A stretch of DNA of 64,000 nucleotides, taken from positions 3,040,001 to 3,104,000 of the forward strand of contig NC_045696.1 in NCBI RefSeq assembly GCF_009834535.1, given 5' to 3'. Within the stretch, counting starts at the first letter, position 1. The number at the start of each line of letters is the position of its first letter. The position numbers and the translations under genes were made by a program. Below the pieces are notes generated by a model. The model saw only the letters and a program-made list of their open reading frames with translations. It did no database searches and was not told the origin of the DNA. This DNA comes from Camelus ferus. Taxonomy: Eukaryota. Below, one piece after another: positions 62,062-64,000 of this stretch.

Positions 62062-64000
62062 AGGAGAGAGCTACAAAGTCCCTTTTATCAGCTTATTTTG
62101 TTGATTTGCCATTTTTCTCCTAAAAAAATGGAGTTTGATTCACTGCTTCCTCATCTTTAATATAACTTCTGTTAAGGGCTGGTTATGTGGCATAAAGTTA
62201 AAAGAGGTTTTAAAACCAAATATACCCGCAAAGTTCCTGTGCATCACAGCGGCCCTCCTGCTGGCAGACGCAGGAGCCTCAGAGAGAGGCCGCGGGACCG
62301 CCACGTCACGTGGGGGGCGCCGAAGTGGAGCCTGCCGCCTGCGGCCCGTGCTCTCCCTGCAAGCTGAGGGCAGAATCCCCTGCTGCCCGCGGCCCCTGCT
62401 GTGCGGACGCCGCACTTACTGGATGTGTCACGCTGGAACACTCTCTACCTCTTTGTGCCTCAGCTCCTTCTCCTCTGAGGCGGGTCACTGAGTGCTCTGA
62501 CCTGTGAGACACTGTCCCTGTGACAGAGATGAATCGGGCGGGTGCCCTTCTCCGGAGCTCGCTATCTAGTTGGGACAAAACTGCAGAGAACCTCAAGCCA
62601 CAGAATCTAAAAACCCCCCTCAATGCTATAGGTTACATATTTTTTGGTTTAACAATTTAAAAACTCTTTAAGGGAAAAAAAGCATGCATTTTCTATGTTA
62701 TGATTTTTATGAATCAAACACAAGGGAACCAATCAAAGGAATTGGAGTTGTCTTCACCAAACTGATCTTGCTTAATAAATGCGCATCGTTACATTTCCAT
62801 TCTTCTGTTTAGGAAAACCATCAGGGTCCCTGCACTGAGACTCTGTACGCAGTGCAACAGATAAACAGGACTAAGCTGACGGGTTCCAGCACTGCCTAGA
62901 GGTGATGGCCAGGGGCCTAGTGTGGACCAGAGCAGATCCCAGCCCAGTTCTTTTCTGTGTTGCATCTCAGCACTCAGATGGCGTGGGTGCCAGTCTTAGG
63001 AAACCTGAAACTACCAGCCTGGTTTACAACCTTCCTGACTCTCCTCTTTGTGAAGGGGGAGAGAAATGACTTGGTGAGCTCTCCTGACAACTGTATTTGG
63101 TCCACAACCACTTGGAGGCTTGTTCTAGCAGCTAGATCATCAAAAACCAGGCCTGGGGAGGAGAGCAAGCCATAAAAGCAAGCAGGCATGCCAGAGCCAC
63201 AGAGGAAGGGCCAGTGCCCAGAGCCGAGACAGGGCTTTGGGCGGGCGTCCCAGAGCAGGGAGCAACAAGGAATCAAAAAGGACACCTGAAACAGTGTTTT
63301 CTTAATAACTCAACAGAGTACAATCTTCTCACGTAGTGCCCCCTACCTCCTTCAAACTGGTATTAAACATTTCTACTCATTCTTTATCAAACTTTGATTG
63401 AGTCAAGATAATTTTGGTATGTCCTTAAGGTGAAATACCATTCAGTCTTTTAAAACACTTATGAAGAAGTTTGGACACGTTCACCACATGATAGTAAGTG
63501 GTACCAGCATGTGATCAATGAAACGACTCAGTTAAGCACAAATATATCCGTGTTCAAAAGCCCGGGAGGACCAGACGCCTGCACCGCCGTCCCTGGGAGG
63601 TGGCGTCATTGGTCATTTTCACTTTCTTCTTTATGCTCTACTGTAGGTTCCCAATTTGCCAAGGGCATTCACTAATTTTTAGTAATCCGAGCCTCGGCTC
63701 TGTGCTGGACTGCGGGGTCAAGGCCTGGGGGCGCTCAGGGAGGTTGATCTGAAAACGCAAGTCACAGCCGAGCAGGGAGATGCCCAGTGGAGGGGTCCGC
63801 AGCGGCTTGAAGCAGCTGGGAAAGGCGTCCCCAAGGAGGGGACACCAAGGGAAGGTACTGGTGCTAAAGAACTGTCCCCAGGTGGAGAACACGGGCACTG
63901 CAGTTCAGAGAGAACGCACACGGATCTGTGAGGGTGTCCTGGAGAAACAGGGTCTAAACAGTTAACAACAGCTAATGCAGGTGAAGAGTAAGCCTCTGGG

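Noticed and set aside
53300..64000. Possible start of the neighbouring gene (RSPH1 is upstream of SLC37A1 in human)
   Set aside because: No RSPH1-like or MORN-repeat coding exon recognised. The interval is mostly repeats.

Overview
This is mammalian genomic DNA, most likely a camelid: it has a camelid-type tRNA-derived SINE and a camelid-type L1 3' end, and I saw no Alu, Bov-A/BovB or PRE-1. Most of the window is SLC37A1, an ER sugar-phosphate/Pi exchanger of the MFS OPA/GlpT family, on the minus strand. A CpG-island promoter and a putative non-coding first exon lie at about 52.2-53.2 kb. Sixteen GT-AG coding exons run from the ATG at 48447 down to 3536 and join in frame (1423 nt = 474 codons + 1 nt, no stops). 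The last exons lie beyond the left edge. The rest is intronic or upstream DNA with L1, L2, MIR, MLT1, ERV1-like LTR, MER5 and MER2 fossils and short tandem repeats. Almost all long ORFs in the supplied track are GC-rich artefacts. I found no convincing new biological system. The best leads are a spliced 63-codon out-of-frame upstream ORF overlapping the SLC37A1 start, two L1 copies with inverted (twin-priming-like) architecture, an in-frame alternative acceptor, and candidate UPRE/E-box, EICE and STAT5 sites. Exon numbers are local, and repeat family names come from remembered consensus sequences rather than a search.
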